Numbered from the stretch's first letter, positions 43,731 through 56,763 are shown. The stretch: DNA of 64,000 nt from Schizochytrium sp. TIO01 (GCA_004764695.1 SMSO01000006.1:1441859-1505858), one strand, 5' to 3'. The notes: a model not told the origin generated them from the letters alone. A program made the numbers and translations.

Positions 43731-45263
43731 ATGGGGAAAGATGTTGAGGACTACTATCCGCGGATGACAGCCGGGCCGCACAACCGTTCAATGGTTGTTC
43801 CGGCTCGCGCGTTTCAACACGAAGTTCGACGAAAAGAGCGTCATGAACGGTTTGCTACTGCTGATTTGGCGAGGCCTCTAACAAGGCCCGCAACAGCTCA
43901 TAGTTCTCATCTTGATCTTCTAGGACCTACACGTGTAGAAAGAGGTAGTACGTGTTTACTTCGTATCTGGGGAGACCGTCACAAGCCAATGGAACGTATT
44001 GATTTGCCATTATTAGGTATTACTCCGCAAAGTTCTGGCTGTCAGTCCCTTTCAAGTAATCCGGGCTCTTCGTCTGTTATACCTGGAGAAATAGAACATA
44101 AAGTTTTAGAATTGTGCTCTTTGCATTCTCCCGAAAATGCCTCTGATCAAATTATCCAGCAAGCTTCATTGCCGGGCTCGAACGACACACTCAACTTCCA
44201 TAGCACTTCAGATCATAACAGGACACCGCATAAATCAAAGCAACCTATTACTCAAAAAAAATCCTCCAGTTCCAATGCTGATGACGTTATTATAAACCCT
44301 GAACGACTTACACATGTAGGCTGTGGCTCAGATCATTTTGTATGGCTCCGAAACGGCAAAGCTTGGGGTATTGGTAATAATTGGGATGCCCAGATCACCA
44401 AAAACTGGACTTTTAAGCCAAAACAAAGCTTAATTAATTTCTCTCGACCTGTACGTGTGCAGATTCACAATCCGGACCACGAACATGGCGAAGAGACATC
44501 GTCGTCTCACGAACGGGTGGAAGGACATTCAACTTCTACTGGAGAGGTGTGTGCTATCGCCGCGTATCGTCGAACTACGTGTATTGCATATGAAAACGAG
44601 GTAGAATGGCACCAACGGCCAGGCATAGTAATTAGGCTGCCTATGCGGGCTCGAATTCATTCAATAGCTTTACGTACTTCGAAGGCGCTCTTTCTAACAG
44701 ATCAAATGGAACTACTTGAAGCAACCTGCGCATCAGCTGGACCCACTTGCAAATCGATTGGAAAAGGAGTGGAGAAGATCGGAGCTACCTCCAGTGCATT
44801 TTACTACACACAAGATGGCCGAGTCCAAACTACTGATGGCAGCGTTATTCATGACATGAAAGAGCCAATTGCCCAGCTTGCTTGCGGAGACTTCCATGTG
44901 TTGATTCTCTTGAAAGAGTCCAAGCGTCTCATGGCATTGGGTTCTAACACAAAAGGTGCTCTGGGACTATCACACAGCACCAAGCTTATAGGTGGAGACT
45001 TTGGTACACCTCAACTTGTAAATAGTCGCCTTAGCCCATTTTGGCACAAGTGTGAGTTTATTGCTGAAGTTTGCGCTGAGGGGGGCTATTCTGCAGCTCT
45101 TCTTGAGGATGGAAGAGTTTTCGTTTGGGGTGAAATGGTACAGGGAGCGATGACTTTACGTCCACAACAAATGGAGATACCGGATTTTGTTCGTCCCAGG
45201 AAGCTCTGGCCAGGCCGTGACTATATAATCGTTGAAGGTCAGGCAAAACCAATGTCACCTTAA
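43731..45263 (+). CDS. RCC1/BLIP-II repeat protein
   Basis: HVGCGSDHFV...AWGIGNN, QLACGDFHVLIL...LGSNTKGALG, EGGYSAALLEDGRVFVWG. Confidence 0.88.
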   Translation: MGKDVEDYYPRMTAGPHNRSMVVPARAFQHEVRRKERHERFATADLARPLTRPATAHSSHLDLLGPTRVERGSTCLLRIWGDRHKPMERIDLPLLGITPQSSGCQSLSSNPGSSSVIPGEIEHKVLELCSLHSPENASDQIIQQASLPGSNDTLNFHSTSDHNRTPHKSKQPITQKKSSSSNADDVIINPERLTHVGCGSDHFVWLRNGKAWGIGNNWDAQITKNWTFKPKQSLINFSRPVRVQIHNPDHEHGEETSSSHERVEGHSTSTGEVCAIAAYRRTTCIAYENEVEWHQRPGIVIRLPMRARIHSIALRTSKALFLTDQMELLEATCASAGPTCKSIGKGVEKIGATSSAFYYTQDGRVQTTDGSVIHDMKEPIAQLACGDFHVLILLKESKRLMALGSNTKGALGLSHSTKLIGGDFGTPQLVNSRLSPFWHKCEFIAEVCAEGGYSAALLEDGRVFVWGEMVQGAMTLRPQQMEIPDFVRPRKLWPGRDYIIVEGQAKPMSP

Positions 45264-45742
45264 GTTTCGCTTCCAGCTAAGTTAGTGAGAAAATCGGTTT
45301 GTTACTATTGCATTATGGTTGGAATTGGCATAGCGTCGGAGTTGGTTCACACCTAGGTCAGAACAAACTCCTGTGGACCTTGTGATATTTAAAATTGTTT
45401 TATTAATTGAAATAACACAACGATTAAACATGTGGATTAATTTACTTGGATGGATTATGCAAGTACTACAATTGTTTTAAAAGAGGATTTTGTCAAATCA
45501 AAGTACACTAGCAATACTCTGCTTTTTGACGAATATCTTTAGATTGGATGGCACATCAAAGTGCGTTACAAAGTTTAAGAGCGAGCACCCCACACATTGT
45601 CTTGGGCGTCAGTAAAGTTAGGTGTAGGCCTTGAATTAATTCGTGAAGATCTAGAAGTGAAAAAAAGTAAAAGGTGTAAATTAGGAAACCCACGGATCGC
45701 CGTAAATTTGGCTGAGCATGGCAGATTTGACGCATTAGGAGT

Positions 45743-46228
45743 TTACTCGTCCTCCTCAAGCGCAGCATTGGTGAAGTCAAAGCTGGTCGGGGTGTGGGCG
45801 CCACCAGCAGAGAGCAAACGTTTCACAATTGCATCTTCAGCGAGGTCATCAAGGTCATCACGCAGGGAAAGGAAGAGACCGCATTGGCTAAATTCTTCGT
45901 TGATAGCACCAATCTGGCCGTTCACAAAGCCCTTGCGCATTGGCGAGAGATCCGGGCCCATCCAGGTAAACTGAATGTACTTTCGTCGAAGGGAACGGGT
46001 GACCTCGCGATCATCGACAGCAGTTACAAGGAAGGCTCCAGTCATGGCTTTATCTGGGCTGTTCTCAAGAATCTCCTGCACCCGAGCACGGCCTCCCTTT
46101 CCAGACTCGGTAAGAACGATGTTGGTCTTGCCCTCAAACTCGCAGACAATAAAGTCAACGTCAAGGTTCTTATCGTTCATGAGCTCCTCAATGCCATTGA
46201 TGGCCTCGTCGCTAAAGGTAGGTGCCAT
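45743..46228 (-). CDS. Coactosin-like ADF-H actin-binding protein
   Basis: RRKYIQFTWMGPDLSPMRKG and IVKRLLSAGGAH motifs; strong codon bias; upstream acceptor at 46248. Confidence 0.9.
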   Translation of the reverse strand: MAPTFSDEAINGIEELMNDKNLDVDFIVCEFEGKTNIVLTESGKGGRARVQEILENSPDKAMTGAFLVTAVDDREVTRSLRRKYIQFTWMGPDLSPMRKGFVNGQIGAINEEFSQCGLFLSLRDDLDDLAEDAIVKRLLSAGGAHTPTSFDFTNAALEEDE

Positions 46229-48382
46229 TGTCTTTTGTAGATACTGCCTGTTGATTTATAGAACAACAAAGAATAATAAATCCGCGTTTGAGGTTTGTTA
46301 GCCTGAGAGTTCGATTTGACAAACATGAAATACATCACCACTGCAAAAGATTACACAAAGCTCTCTCTCTGGTCACCAAACTAAAGCTTTTAACCTGCTA
46401 CTACCGCTCCTACTAAAATAAGTCTTTTTCGGTACTCTCATCTTCCTTTTCTTCTTTTCTTCACACAGTTACGCTCAGCTTTCCCCACGTAGACGCAGGA
46501 ATAACATCTCTCCCTGTTGCACGTGCGTAAGGAGCTTTTTGTGCACGCGCCATATCGCGGAGGCTCCGGGACGAATTACCTATTCATTTCGGCAATCTCG
46601 TCGCTCAAGCGTTTCAGCCTCCCGAACTACTCTACTACGGTTGCGTAATCGGATCACCCACGCCTTCGTTCGATGTTGCCAACTGTGCTCTATCTCGCTA
46701 GATGTTCTCGTGTGCTTTACCAAATTGTGCTTTCGTTGGGTGCAATTTATGCACAACTTTGACCTCATTACACACCCACACACAGCAATTAACAACTTCC
46801 GAGTTGTTCTTTGCTACTGCACTACGACATTTATGTAGTACCTAGCCACTTGCACGGAGCAGCAGAAGCCGACCCAAGCCGGAAAGCGAGCGATGCTTGC
46901 CAATTTAGCCTGCCGTATCAAGACATTGGTTGATTTATTCGCGTTGCAGTGCATAGGGATGGAATAATCGTGTGTCGTTTCCTGGTAATGGTGTTTACCA
47001 TTACGAGCGATTAGGTAGAGATAACATTATCCATTGCAATTGTTGTGCACGATTGTGTGAAAGTCTCGACGAAGAAGAAGAAGAAGTTACGTAAGCCAGG
47101 ACGCCTCCTTTTACCCCACGCTACAGCCCAGTGGCCGAGCGAGCGAGTAGGCGCGAGGCCAGGAAGGAGTCGAAAGAGAAAGGTATCAAGAAACAATCAG
47201 CTTGAAAGAAGAGAGATAAATGAAAAAGCTCGAGCAAGATTGACTCACCCGAGCAGGTCCATCCGGGTTAGCTCCGGCGACCCGCTCAAACGGAGGCCGG
47301 GGCCTTCACACAGGCGATCCTGGCAGAGGGCTGAGCGAGGTGAGGGACGTACCGAGTAGGTTGCTGCGACCGAAAGAGCTCAGGTGGCGTCTTGGAGTGG
47401 CAGCGGGAAAGTCAAATTACGGTTTTGTTGTGCCTCCGCGACGAAGTGGTAAAGCGAGGATATCCTTGAATAAAGAAGAGAAATTCCAAAGTCTGATCAA
47501 TTCATTCATTCTTCTGTGACTCTGCAAAGAAAGAGACATTCGACGTCGTGGCCAGCATCGACTCTGTTGACGCAGCGAAGAACTTCGACGCGACAATTTG
47601 CCACAGCACCTTCTCTCAATCGAGGAGGAGTGTGCCTCAGGGGTGCCATCGTCATCGCAGGCAGTACCTCGAACTAGAAATCTTGATCGATTGCAATTCG
47701 CTTTATATGCGCGTGTGTGTGATCTGGCAGGGTTGAAAGGGAAAGCTGGACTCGGGTTATATGGTGTGGACCTCGTTGAAGTTCTTCATAAATAAAGCTT
47801 GCGATGTGGTGCTGACTAGGCAGGAGGGGAATCAAGGTGGTAGGCAGATGCTAGATACCCGCTGTGAGGATGGATGTACAAGGGGTGTCGGGTGGACGGG
47901 GTCAAAGGCAGGATGGTCCCGTATCTTGATTCATTCTTTATTACATTTTTAATTAAAATTATTTTATTAAAAACTACTTTAAATTACAATGTTTTGTTCA
48001 AGTTACTGAGCTAATTATATATATATATATATATGTTGTTAATATATATTTTCACAAAATCTAATTTTAATTTTATTGAAAAAACAAAAACAAAAAAAAC
48101 ACTATTAAAAAGTCTAATGTTTTCTGTGTCGTAGAGAAGTGATACGATTTGCTCAACGGCGCGGAGACATTGCTCCAGGTTGCCTTGCTTGCTTGCTTGA
48201 TTGCTTGATTGCTTGATTGCTTGATTGCTTGCGTGCAGCTTGAAGCCGAGTGATGTTTTGCACTACAGGAGCGCAACGGGTACTTTCTTGGAAGGGCGAG
48301 TGCGATTGCCGGAATCCTGATTCCCAATTATTGACCGACCCGCTGCAGTAGGCAGCTAGGTCGCCAGAAAACTAGTAGGTAT

Positions 48383-48463
48383 TGAATGAATGAATGAATG
48401 AATGAATGAATGAATGAATGAATGAATGAATGAATGAATGAATGAATGAATGAATGAATGAAT
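48383..48463. repeat. (GAAT)n microsatellite; (GCTTGATT)n at about 48190-48230
   Basis: Direct reading. Confidence 0.95.
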
Positions 48464-51377
48464 GTCTGCTCTGCTCTGCTCTTCATGTTGTTGCTGCTGC
48501 TGCCAAAGTCTCTCCCAAATGTATTCGTTATTGTGGTGGTTCCAACTAACAGTGAGCAGAACCAATTCGTCGCGCACAGCGACTTCTTCTCGGCATTGAG
48601 GTGCAATTCTTGCCTGGCTGAGGTCCTGTTGACTCTTTGCTTCAATTGCAAACAACTGAGCGAGGCTGTTTGTTGCCAGTAGCCCGAACGGAGCTGGCCT
48701 TTCTTTGGCCAGGTTCTACTAATACTTCGTTCCGAGAGCAGCTCTTGAAAGACGCAAAGTCTCAAGTCCCAGACCCAAGCTGTAAGACATACGCCATCGT
48801 TGTTTTCGGCACTTTCCACGCAGGTTTGTTGTGGTTATTATCACTCATTCATTCATTCATTCATTGTGACTGATTGAATATTTGTGTATAAATATGTATA
48901 TATGCGAATACATATTTTGTTTTGATAATTAAAAAGCAATAGTAGTACGTATATCGACCGGAAGCAATGGTCTCCAATTGACAGGGCCACAATTTGCTCC
49001 TCCTGGAGAGACCTCATACTACCTTTGATGGACCTGGTCAGCATCGAAGGAAGCTGTATTCAGAAACTCCTAAGTGGCTCGAGAAGGAGAGATTTCAAGC
49101 AAGCACCACTGTGACGTAGAATTGTTTAATAGTAATGCTTAGCTCTACTCTAGTGTGCCACAAAGCAAAAGGACACTGCAAAATAAATAAGTAAGCTATT
49201 CTAAATCGAGAAAGAAGAAACCACATCTTGCAAAAGGTCGAGCCCTGTGGAAAAGCTGCAAAGCTTTGCTCGACCGTGGCTGCTCTCCTCTCTAATCTAA
49301 GGCAAAAACGAAAAGGTTAGGCGCTGACAGGGCAGCATCAAGGCGAGGTGCTGCAGTACAGCACCATAGTTCTAAGAGGACTATGCTACCACTATGCGTA
49401 CTGTTACTTTAGCTCTATAGAGGTATCCCTCGAAGGTCTTTCATTCCTTCGCGTGTCTTTCATCCGCTTGGATACGGATCTTCATGGCTTAGCAAACTAA
49501 GTTTGTTTTCATGGTGGCCAAGAAGAGCCTCATGTGAGCAGAGTCAGCGCAGAATTGCAGTGAGGCCTTTGCTGTCACTCCAATTGACGCCTGGTTTAGC
49601 AAGGCTGACCGGTGGATTGACACCGATGGACTAATCGATAGAGCTCTCTCTGGTTTGCATTCAATGCTGGGCAGCTTTGGGCACCTGAGGAAAAGACACA
49701 ATGAGGCCTAGTGCACCAAAATCCAAACTAGTCGGGATTAGATGCCTAAGTACCTTTCTACTTGATACTTCACAGCCATATGAAATGACACTTTCGATTG
49801 TTATTTCGCTTCTGAACTTAAGTACAGCTGAGCTGAGGTTGATGCGATGTTCAACTTGATTAGTCTTATTGCCTTCTTTGGCCGGGTTAGCTTGAAGCTC
49901 ATCTAGCTTGTGCACATGTTGTAATTCCCAGAATCGTGAGATCATCCATCAATTATGGATGGAACCTCTTGATTCTTCAAGTCTGTCTGATTCTAATTGC
50001 TATGTGCCTGGTCCATACGGCGCTCAACGCATCTACATCAACAAGACAAGACAAGCATGCATTGATTTGATCCATTGAAGTTCGAGCCCAAGTTCGTCCT
50101 GTTGGGCTGCATCGTCCAATCCTTTGCTCTCAGGTTCTCAAGCATGCAAACCAAGTCGAAGCACGCTCTTCATTATCGAAGCAAAGTCTTTGTAATTCAA
50201 TAAATGCAACAACTTCTGCCACTGTCAACTTCAGAAAGGTATGATGAGAGGTTTCTTTCCTACTCGTTGAAGTGTGCAGCATTTCTTAAGTAGATAGATG
50301 AATCAATCAATCAATTAATCAATCAATCAATCAATCAATCAATCCATGGTTGGACCAGGAAAGCAAGCAAGCAAACAAGCAAGCTTCGCTTCTGGCAACC
50401 TATGGTTTTGGGTCCTTTTGCCTCATGCCTCGGTGACGATCAGTTGTAGATGTTGTTGTGTTGTTCCTGTTAAGTGATCCGGCGCCCTACTACTACGGCT
50501 ATAATCGATACTACTAGGTAGGCGACTAGCTAACTCATATAGCGCTTGATAATGGTTTCATGATGAATGGGCCTAGCAAAGTCCTAGCTAAGCATAGTAG
50601 ATGGCGCCTTCTTTCTCCTTCTTTCAATCCTCGTTAATTTCTTCCGCTGCTTCGCTGCTCTTGAATCAACAACTTGAACTCGAGGACTTGTGCAAAGGCA
50701 GCTCCGGAGCAGTCCATATCAAGGCGTGCCCTGCTGTGCGAAGTGGAGGCCGAAGCGCAAGCTGAGGTCATTTCTGCGTGCTCTGCGTGCTCGCACTGGC
50801 GTGAAAGCAGAAACTGCAGAGCGAGGGACACCGACGTACAAGAGAGACGAGACCAGGAGCGAAGTCAAAGCAACATTCAGCTGACAAACCAGAGGGGGCA
50901 AGCTCTACGCGTGGCGAGGAAGGGGTTGCCTGCACACGCGGCAGAAATTGAAAAGGAAGAGAGGACCGGAAGTGACGAGGTTATTAAAAAAAGAGGCGAC
51001 CTTGAAGCTTTTAATTGGTGGACGGATTGGTCGGCCAATTCCTTCATAGTTGCTTGATTTGCTTCGATTTGCTCAACTTTATCTTATCATCTTGTCATCT
51101 TGTCATCTTTGTATAAATTGGGTTGAGTTAAGCTAAAACATACGAAGACCTTTCTAATAAACGAGTGGCGCTACAAACACGGCAGATTTAATATTCATCT
51201 GAACAGTAGTAGAGGAACTGGGAGACTGTTGAGGTGCAAACTGACGCAAGCTTGCAGAGTGCGCTTCAGAAATATCAGGTGCTACGTGTGTCAGAGTTAA
51301 TTAAATACATTTACGATCCAGGGCACTCGCCATTTTTATAGCTGAATCTGCAGAGGAAAAGGCATTAAAAGAGCAGG

Positions 51378-52484
51378 ATGGAAGCTCGGCAAGGTGGTCA
51401 CACGATGCGCCGGCCAGGAAATCTTACTCTTGAAGAGGAGGATAATTTGGAGCATAGTTTCGCAATCCAGAATGGCCACTTTATTCGAGGCACTTTGGAC
51501 GTTTCAGAGAGTGGAGTCACGCGCACAGATCGCTACCAGCAGTACCATGGCTTAAGTGCCTCCGATGTTGAACTTATTCGCGTCATTGGAAAAGGCATGT
51601 CGAGCCAAGTCAGCCTGGTCCGTCATCGAAATGGCACCTTAATGGCACTCAAAGTCATCAACGTCTATGACAAAGTCAACCGGGAGCAAATGTTTCAAGA
51701 AATTGCTACTCTTTACGAAGCCGACTGCCCTTCTCTTGTCGGCTTTTATGGTGCATTTTTTACCGAATGTACCATCAGTCTGGCTGTTGAGTACATGGAC
51801 CAAGGTTGCCTGCATTCACTTCTGAAACGTTCTGGTCCGATGCCTGAGCAGACTGTCGCTGCCATTGCTTTTCAAGCAATTTGGGGTCTTGCCTATCTCA
51901 AACATGAGAAAAGGGTACACCGTGATGTGAAACCTCAAAACATTCTATGCAACTCGCATGGCGAGGTCAAATTAACAGACTTCGGAACTTCTCGTGACTT
52001 GGAAAATTCTGTTAATGTTTGTCAAACATTTGTTGGTACCTTCAAATACATGAGCCCGGAGCGTGTAAAAAGCCAAGCGTATTCATACGCGAGTGATATC
52101 TGGAGCTTAGGTCTCGTGATTCTTGAGTGCCTTCTCGGGAGGTTCCCTTACAATGATTGCAACACTCATATGGATATGGTCCTTACAATTCTTGAGGCCC
52201 CTGTTCCTATTCCACCAGCAAGTCAGTTCTCTACCGAGTTTCATGAGTTTATTCAATTCATGCTAAGCAAGGACCACACGAAGCGGCTCCCAGCAGAGGT
52301 GTTAATTGCTGCACCATGGCTCAAGGCATTTGGTGCAGTAGATATTATGGAATCTCGTGCTATCGTTCGGTCCTGGATAGAAAGAAAAGGACTCAGCAAC
52401 AACATCCCAACCCCCCCTCCACACCCACCAAGTGGAGCACGGAATCCACGCCCAGCTCCACATATCGCGACTATGCAACAGTAA
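51378..52484 (+). CDS. Mitogen-activated protein kinase kinase (STE7/MAP2K family)
   Basis: D-site RRPGNLTL; GKGMSSQV, ALKVI, HRDVKPQN, DFG, activation loop S-X5-T (SVNVCQT), TFVGTFKYMSPER. Confidence 0.93.
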   Translation: MEARQGGHTMRRPGNLTLEEEDNLEHSFAIQNGHFIRGTLDVSESGVTRTDRYQQYHGLSASDVELIRVIGKGMSSQVSLVRHRNGTLMALKVINVYDKVNREQMFQEIATLYEADCPSLVGFYGAFFTECTISLAVEYMDQGCLHSLLKRSGPMPEQTVAAIAFQAIWGLAYLKHEKRVHRDVKPQNILCNSHGEVKLTDFGTSRDLENSVNVCQTFVGTFKYMSPERVKSQAYSYASDIWSLGLVILECLLGRFPYNDCNTHMDMVLTILEAPVPIPPASQFSTEFHEFIQFMLSKDHTKRLPAEVLIAAPWLKAFGAVDIMESRAIVRSWIERKGLSNNIPTPPPHPPSGARNPRPAPHIATMQQ

Positions 52485-52949
52485 CCGTGATACTTTACTA
52501 ATATATCGCATGTCGAGCTAAGCAATTCAAGCTGAGCTAACTGTCATTTATAGCTTTAAGTTGGGAAGAACTTAGCTTACGTACAATACAATATAGTCAC
52601 TTACGTAATTGGTGGAACCACCTCTGCTTGTCAATTCTTGTTAAACCACCTCTCTCAGACTGTACTGAGGGCCAAAAATACAGCGGGATAGAAGGACAAA
52701 CAGCCTTGGAAATATGTGTATTGTGTCCTTTCAATGTTGGGCGATTTCATCGCGAGTGGAATTCACGTTTTCTTTCTTGAAGCATATGTGTTGATAACAA
52801 GAGCTACTCTGCTCAAAAAAATTTTTTGCATAGAACAGATGTTTCTTTCCTTTTCAATTTTATCGGTCTTTGCCTTCAAATGCCCTGTACGAAATTTAAT
52901 CTTTCTTCTTTTGTTGCTGTTTCTCTAATCCAAATTAAACCCGAACACA

Positions 52950-54700
52950 TCACTATCTTGTTCGATTGTTTTTTTTTATAAAGTCAAACTTTCCCGCATC
53001 TGCTTTTTTGCTAGCAATCGAAACTAACTGTTTCTCTCTCTAAAAGTGCAACAGTCTCTCCGATTTCTAGACGATTGTTTGCTTAGATTTCAAACCGACG
53101 CATGCAGTGCGCGTTAAGTATCCAATCAAGAGTCTATGGGTGAGTGGAGATGTGAATTGTTCTTGCATGATATTTGATGGTTGATGTGAACGAAGGCTGG
53201 GACTATGGCGAGATCGTGTAAGTTTAGATTCACTGAGGTTATAGTAGGATCAAAGTTGGAGTGTACTGCTTGCTTGCGTTTTAAAGCTCGCTAATATGCA
53301 GCTGTTGAGCGTGTACCAATTCTGATACCTTCCAATGTAAGAATTTGACAACCACATGAGGAGCCGCTCATGGATGCGCAGTGTAGTTGGGTTCATACTA
53401 CATGCAAGATCTTGAAGTTAACTCGAATATTTGTGCCCAGTCGAGAACTAAGTCTGCTTTACGTTCATTTGCAAGACAGAGAATTATGTTGTGAAGGATA
53501 TTTCTATATTTGCTCATTAATAAGGTGAATCAATCCAGTTGAAAGATATGTCAAGGTTAAGATAGTAAATTAGTTGATTTCGTATGGGCAAAACATAATT
53601 TCGGAGCACTTCGTATGAAGTTACCTTTATAAGTTTGTCTTTCATGAAAGGAACCTCGTTTCCCATACACTTCAGTATTGGAGTAATTAAGTTCTCCTCT
53701 TCAAGGGCTGCAATAACGTAATTTGGAAATACCATTTCGTGCTTGAGGAGAGGTTGGACGATGATGCAAGTTTCCGCTAGCTAGCAGGGTGTGGAACTGA
53801 TCGTAATTCACTTTCGTCATCTCTGGGAACGAACGTATGGAACTGATGCTGACATTTTGCAATGCCTGGAGGCTTCTGTGCACTACATATCTTCTTTCCG
53901 TAGAGTGGACGAAGCAATTGTGTAAGATTTACTGGAAAATGTGAAATCGATCATCCATGTAAGTACCAATGATGGATCAGAACATTTAGTTTATGTTAAA
54001 ACTACAATCATGTGAGTTTCATAAAATTTTCCAGTGTTTCTTTTGAAGGATATGTAACGTTCTGCTAGTAGTTTCAGGCTTGGAATGCAGTTTTACATCT
54101 AAGCTAGGCGTGGTAGAACATCTAACCTACGACAATAGATCCTCACTTTGATCAAACTACTTTTTCTTTCTGTATTGCTTCAAATTGAACAATTGCTTTC
54201 CCAAAGGATAGATTGCTAAAGAGTGGACGTTTTCTTACCTTGTTTTTGGAATTTACAGTTTTAAAAGGAATATATTGCTTTTCATAACTCCTTTCCTGCA
54301 GAGTCCTGATAGAGAAACAACGTGATTGTTCCATCACAACCATGAAGCTCCATTTTCTTGTCCTTGATTGCATCGTTTTTCATCTACAATTGCACAGACA
54401 TGAGTTCGACATATATGTTTTGCACGGAAAAGGGTAAAGGAGATGTTGAATTTCAGTCGTAAATCTTCCGTAAACGGAATTTGAGGCTAGCAGAGCCATT
54501 TCGCTGTACAAACTCACTGGAACATACGGAACAACACTGTTTTTCGATGATGGGTCAGTATGGACCTATGAGATCAGATGTATTTCATTCAAAACTTAAG
54601 CATAGAGAATTGTTCCACAATGAGCGTAACTAATCCATGATATATGTTCGCAAAATATTTGTGTTCGTCTTCAAGATCACGAGATCTTTGTGTCTTTCAA
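52950..54700 (-). pseudogene. Decayed coding-like sequence, unidentified
   Basis: Several short protein-like minus-strand fragments (53517-53735, 53701-53883, 54152-54373) in different frames. Confidence 0.35.
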
Positions 54701-55041
54701 CCATTGTGTTAGGCTGGAGTGGTGAGTACTAATAGGTAGTACTATTCTATGTTTCTTGTCTGTGTGAACCAAAAAATTGTCAGTCAGATAGAGCAATTGA
54801 CTTTGTTGCTGTTAACCCTGTTGCTTTTGCAGGCGCCGACAAAGCTTTGATACGAAGAGCAAAGTTCAATGTACAGCCTCTCGTGGACAAACTTGAAAGT
54901 GTCTGCTGTCAAGTTGGAGTACAGGCTCCAACAACAAAGGTTGAAGGCAAACAGGGGAAGGCTTCAGCCGCGTTGGAATGGAGAGTGTCGAGTATTAGTC
55001 CAACTTCATTAGCCTTCTTTGCGTGGAAGCACTTTTAGAAG

Positions 55042-56763
55042 ATGCCTCTCTCGAGCGCAGGGTTTATGCGTCTGAAGAAACTTGTACGGAAAGCAACATC
55101 TGCAGGTGCGGTTGGCCTGGATGTGATCGATGGATTAGCTCTCGATGATGAAGTTCTTCGTGACGCTCTGATTCTCATTCGAGGTGGTGGCGCTTCTGCA
55201 GCAAGAGTCGCGTGCGAACTTGTGCGTAAAGTCCTTGAGAGCCAGAATTCTAAGATTCGCTACCGTGGTCTCTTGCTCTCAGACGAAATATTTTTACGAT
55301 CAAAAGCGTTCCGTAAAGCGCTTTGCAAAGACATAAGAGGTTTTGCACAGTCAGTCATGCAGATTCCAGGACTTTCAGACCTTCCTCCTCCTGAAAAGGC
55401 ACAAGTTTTGCTTCATCGAACGGCGCTGCAAATTATGACAAACTGGGGAAAGCACTTTGGTGACGAGCAGCCTCCGCTAGTATTCACACTGCAATTTATT
55501 AATGCAAAACTTGGTCAAATTGGCAGGGTGCTTGGTGGACGTCAGGCTGCAGAAGCGCGACAACGACAAGAACGATCGCGGAGGCTTCGTTTGGCACAGT
55601 TCGAGACTGTTTGCGATGAAATGAGTGATCAGTCTGGCAACCAAGTATATACGTCAATGTGTGCATCATTAGAGGAGGTCAAGGCCGCTTTAGAACTCAT
55701 GGACAATCGTTTTAATAACCTCAATGCACAGTTTCGCAAATCGCTAAATCCATCTGTCACAAGTGGGATTAAGGGTTCTCTGAGCAATTCAGCAGAAACG
55801 TTAAGCTCCGAGCAAACTCGAATGCCTCCCATTTCAGAATCTAATGCAGAGGCTGATGAAAGTGACGAGAGCGATGATGACGATTTTGATGTGGATTGGT
55901 CCACTGTTAAACCTGGAGATCTTACAACAGAGAACACATCAAAAAGCTGTATGCCAGACCGTGTTGAGGCTGTCAATGAACCAAAACAACAACCACAAGT
56001 ACTTCTTGCCCTCGGAAACAACAAGTGTAGTGATAGCTTAGCTGATGACGAAGTAGATGATGATATGGAGGAATGGGCTTCCTTTCATCATGAAGCTAAG
56101 GAGCGAGAGGCACATCGGCAACGTGAACAAGAAATGGTTGAGCACCTTGCACCAGACTTCCGCCTTGAGGTCAACTTGCGCCAACCCCCAAAGAAAGAAG
56201 ATGTGCTGAAGGATGAAGATCTTGCGCCTGTAATTGCAAGCTTCAAGGATGCAGTCCGCGAGTTCGAGCGTACGTATTTGCCACAACTTGAGCGGTGGAT
56301 CCGAATTCTTACCCGCGCTGAGCTACTTGAATCTTCGTCACGAATGAGGCGAGGAAACCTCCTGGGCAAAGCTTTAGATGTGAAACGGGGTTTTAAAGAT
56401 GCCCAAGCACGGGGTGAAGCATATGGGATCCATTTTGCACCCGTCACAAATGGTGAAGAGATGCCGGATTTTCTGCGACTACTAGAAGGAGATGGCGTTG
56501 GCCACTTTGTTGATGAAAGAACTAGGCGACTTGAGGAGGAAGATCGTGAGCGGAGGAAGAAGGAGAAAAAGGAACGGTCCAAAAAAAGGAAATTGCAGCA
56601 AATGCGTGATCTTACCTCGCAAGCTGTATCTGAACGGAGCTCGAAAAAGCCGTCAAGCTCTTCTTCCTCCTCGCAAAATCGTCCAGGCGCTGAGGACACT
56701 GCTGGTCGTCGTAAAAGAGCTGTTTTTGACCCATTTGCAAAGCCTGCAAAACGGAATCGTTAA
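55042..56763 (+). CDS. UVSSA: UV-stimulated scaffold protein A homologue
   Basis: VHS-like N-terminus NSKIRY..LLLSDEIFLRSKAFR...LPPP...W..HFG and central YLPQLERWIRILTR. Confidence 0.82.
   Translation: MPLSSAGFMRLKKLVRKATSAGAVGLDVIDGLALDDEVLRDALILIRGGGASAARVACELVRKVLESQNSKIRYRGLLLSDEIFLRSKAFRKALCKDIRGFAQSVMQIPGLSDLPPPEKAQVLLHRTALQIMTNWGKHFGDEQPPLVFTLQFINAKLGQIGRVLGGRQAAEARQRQERSRRLRLAQFETVCDEMSDQSGNQVYTSMCASLEEVKAALELMDNRFNNLNAQFRKSLNPSVTSGIKGSLSNSAETLSSEQTRMPPISESNAEADESDESDDDDFDVDWSTVKPGDLTTENTSKSCMPDRVEAVNEPKQQPQVLLALGNNKCSDSLADDEVDDDMEEWASFHHEAKEREAHRQREQEMVEHLAPDFRLEVNLRQPPKKEDVLKDEDLAPVIASFKDAVREFERTYLPQLERWIRILTRAELLESSSRMRRGNLLGKALDVKRGFKDAQARGEAYGIHFAPVTNGEEMPDFLRLLEGDGVGHFVDERTRRLEEEDRERRKKEKKERSKKRKLQQMRDLTSQAVSERSSKKPSSSSSSSQNRPGAEDTAGRRKRAVFDPFAKPAKRNR

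Noticed and set aside
47260-47420. GC-rich stretch suggestive of a structured ncRNA
   Set aside because: No match to tRNA, SRP or snRNA motifs I can recognise; better explained as a 5' exon of the coactosin gene.
49480-51060. Short ORFs upstream of the MAP2K
   Set aside because: Fragmentary with no motifs; likely decayed sequence and 5' UTR.
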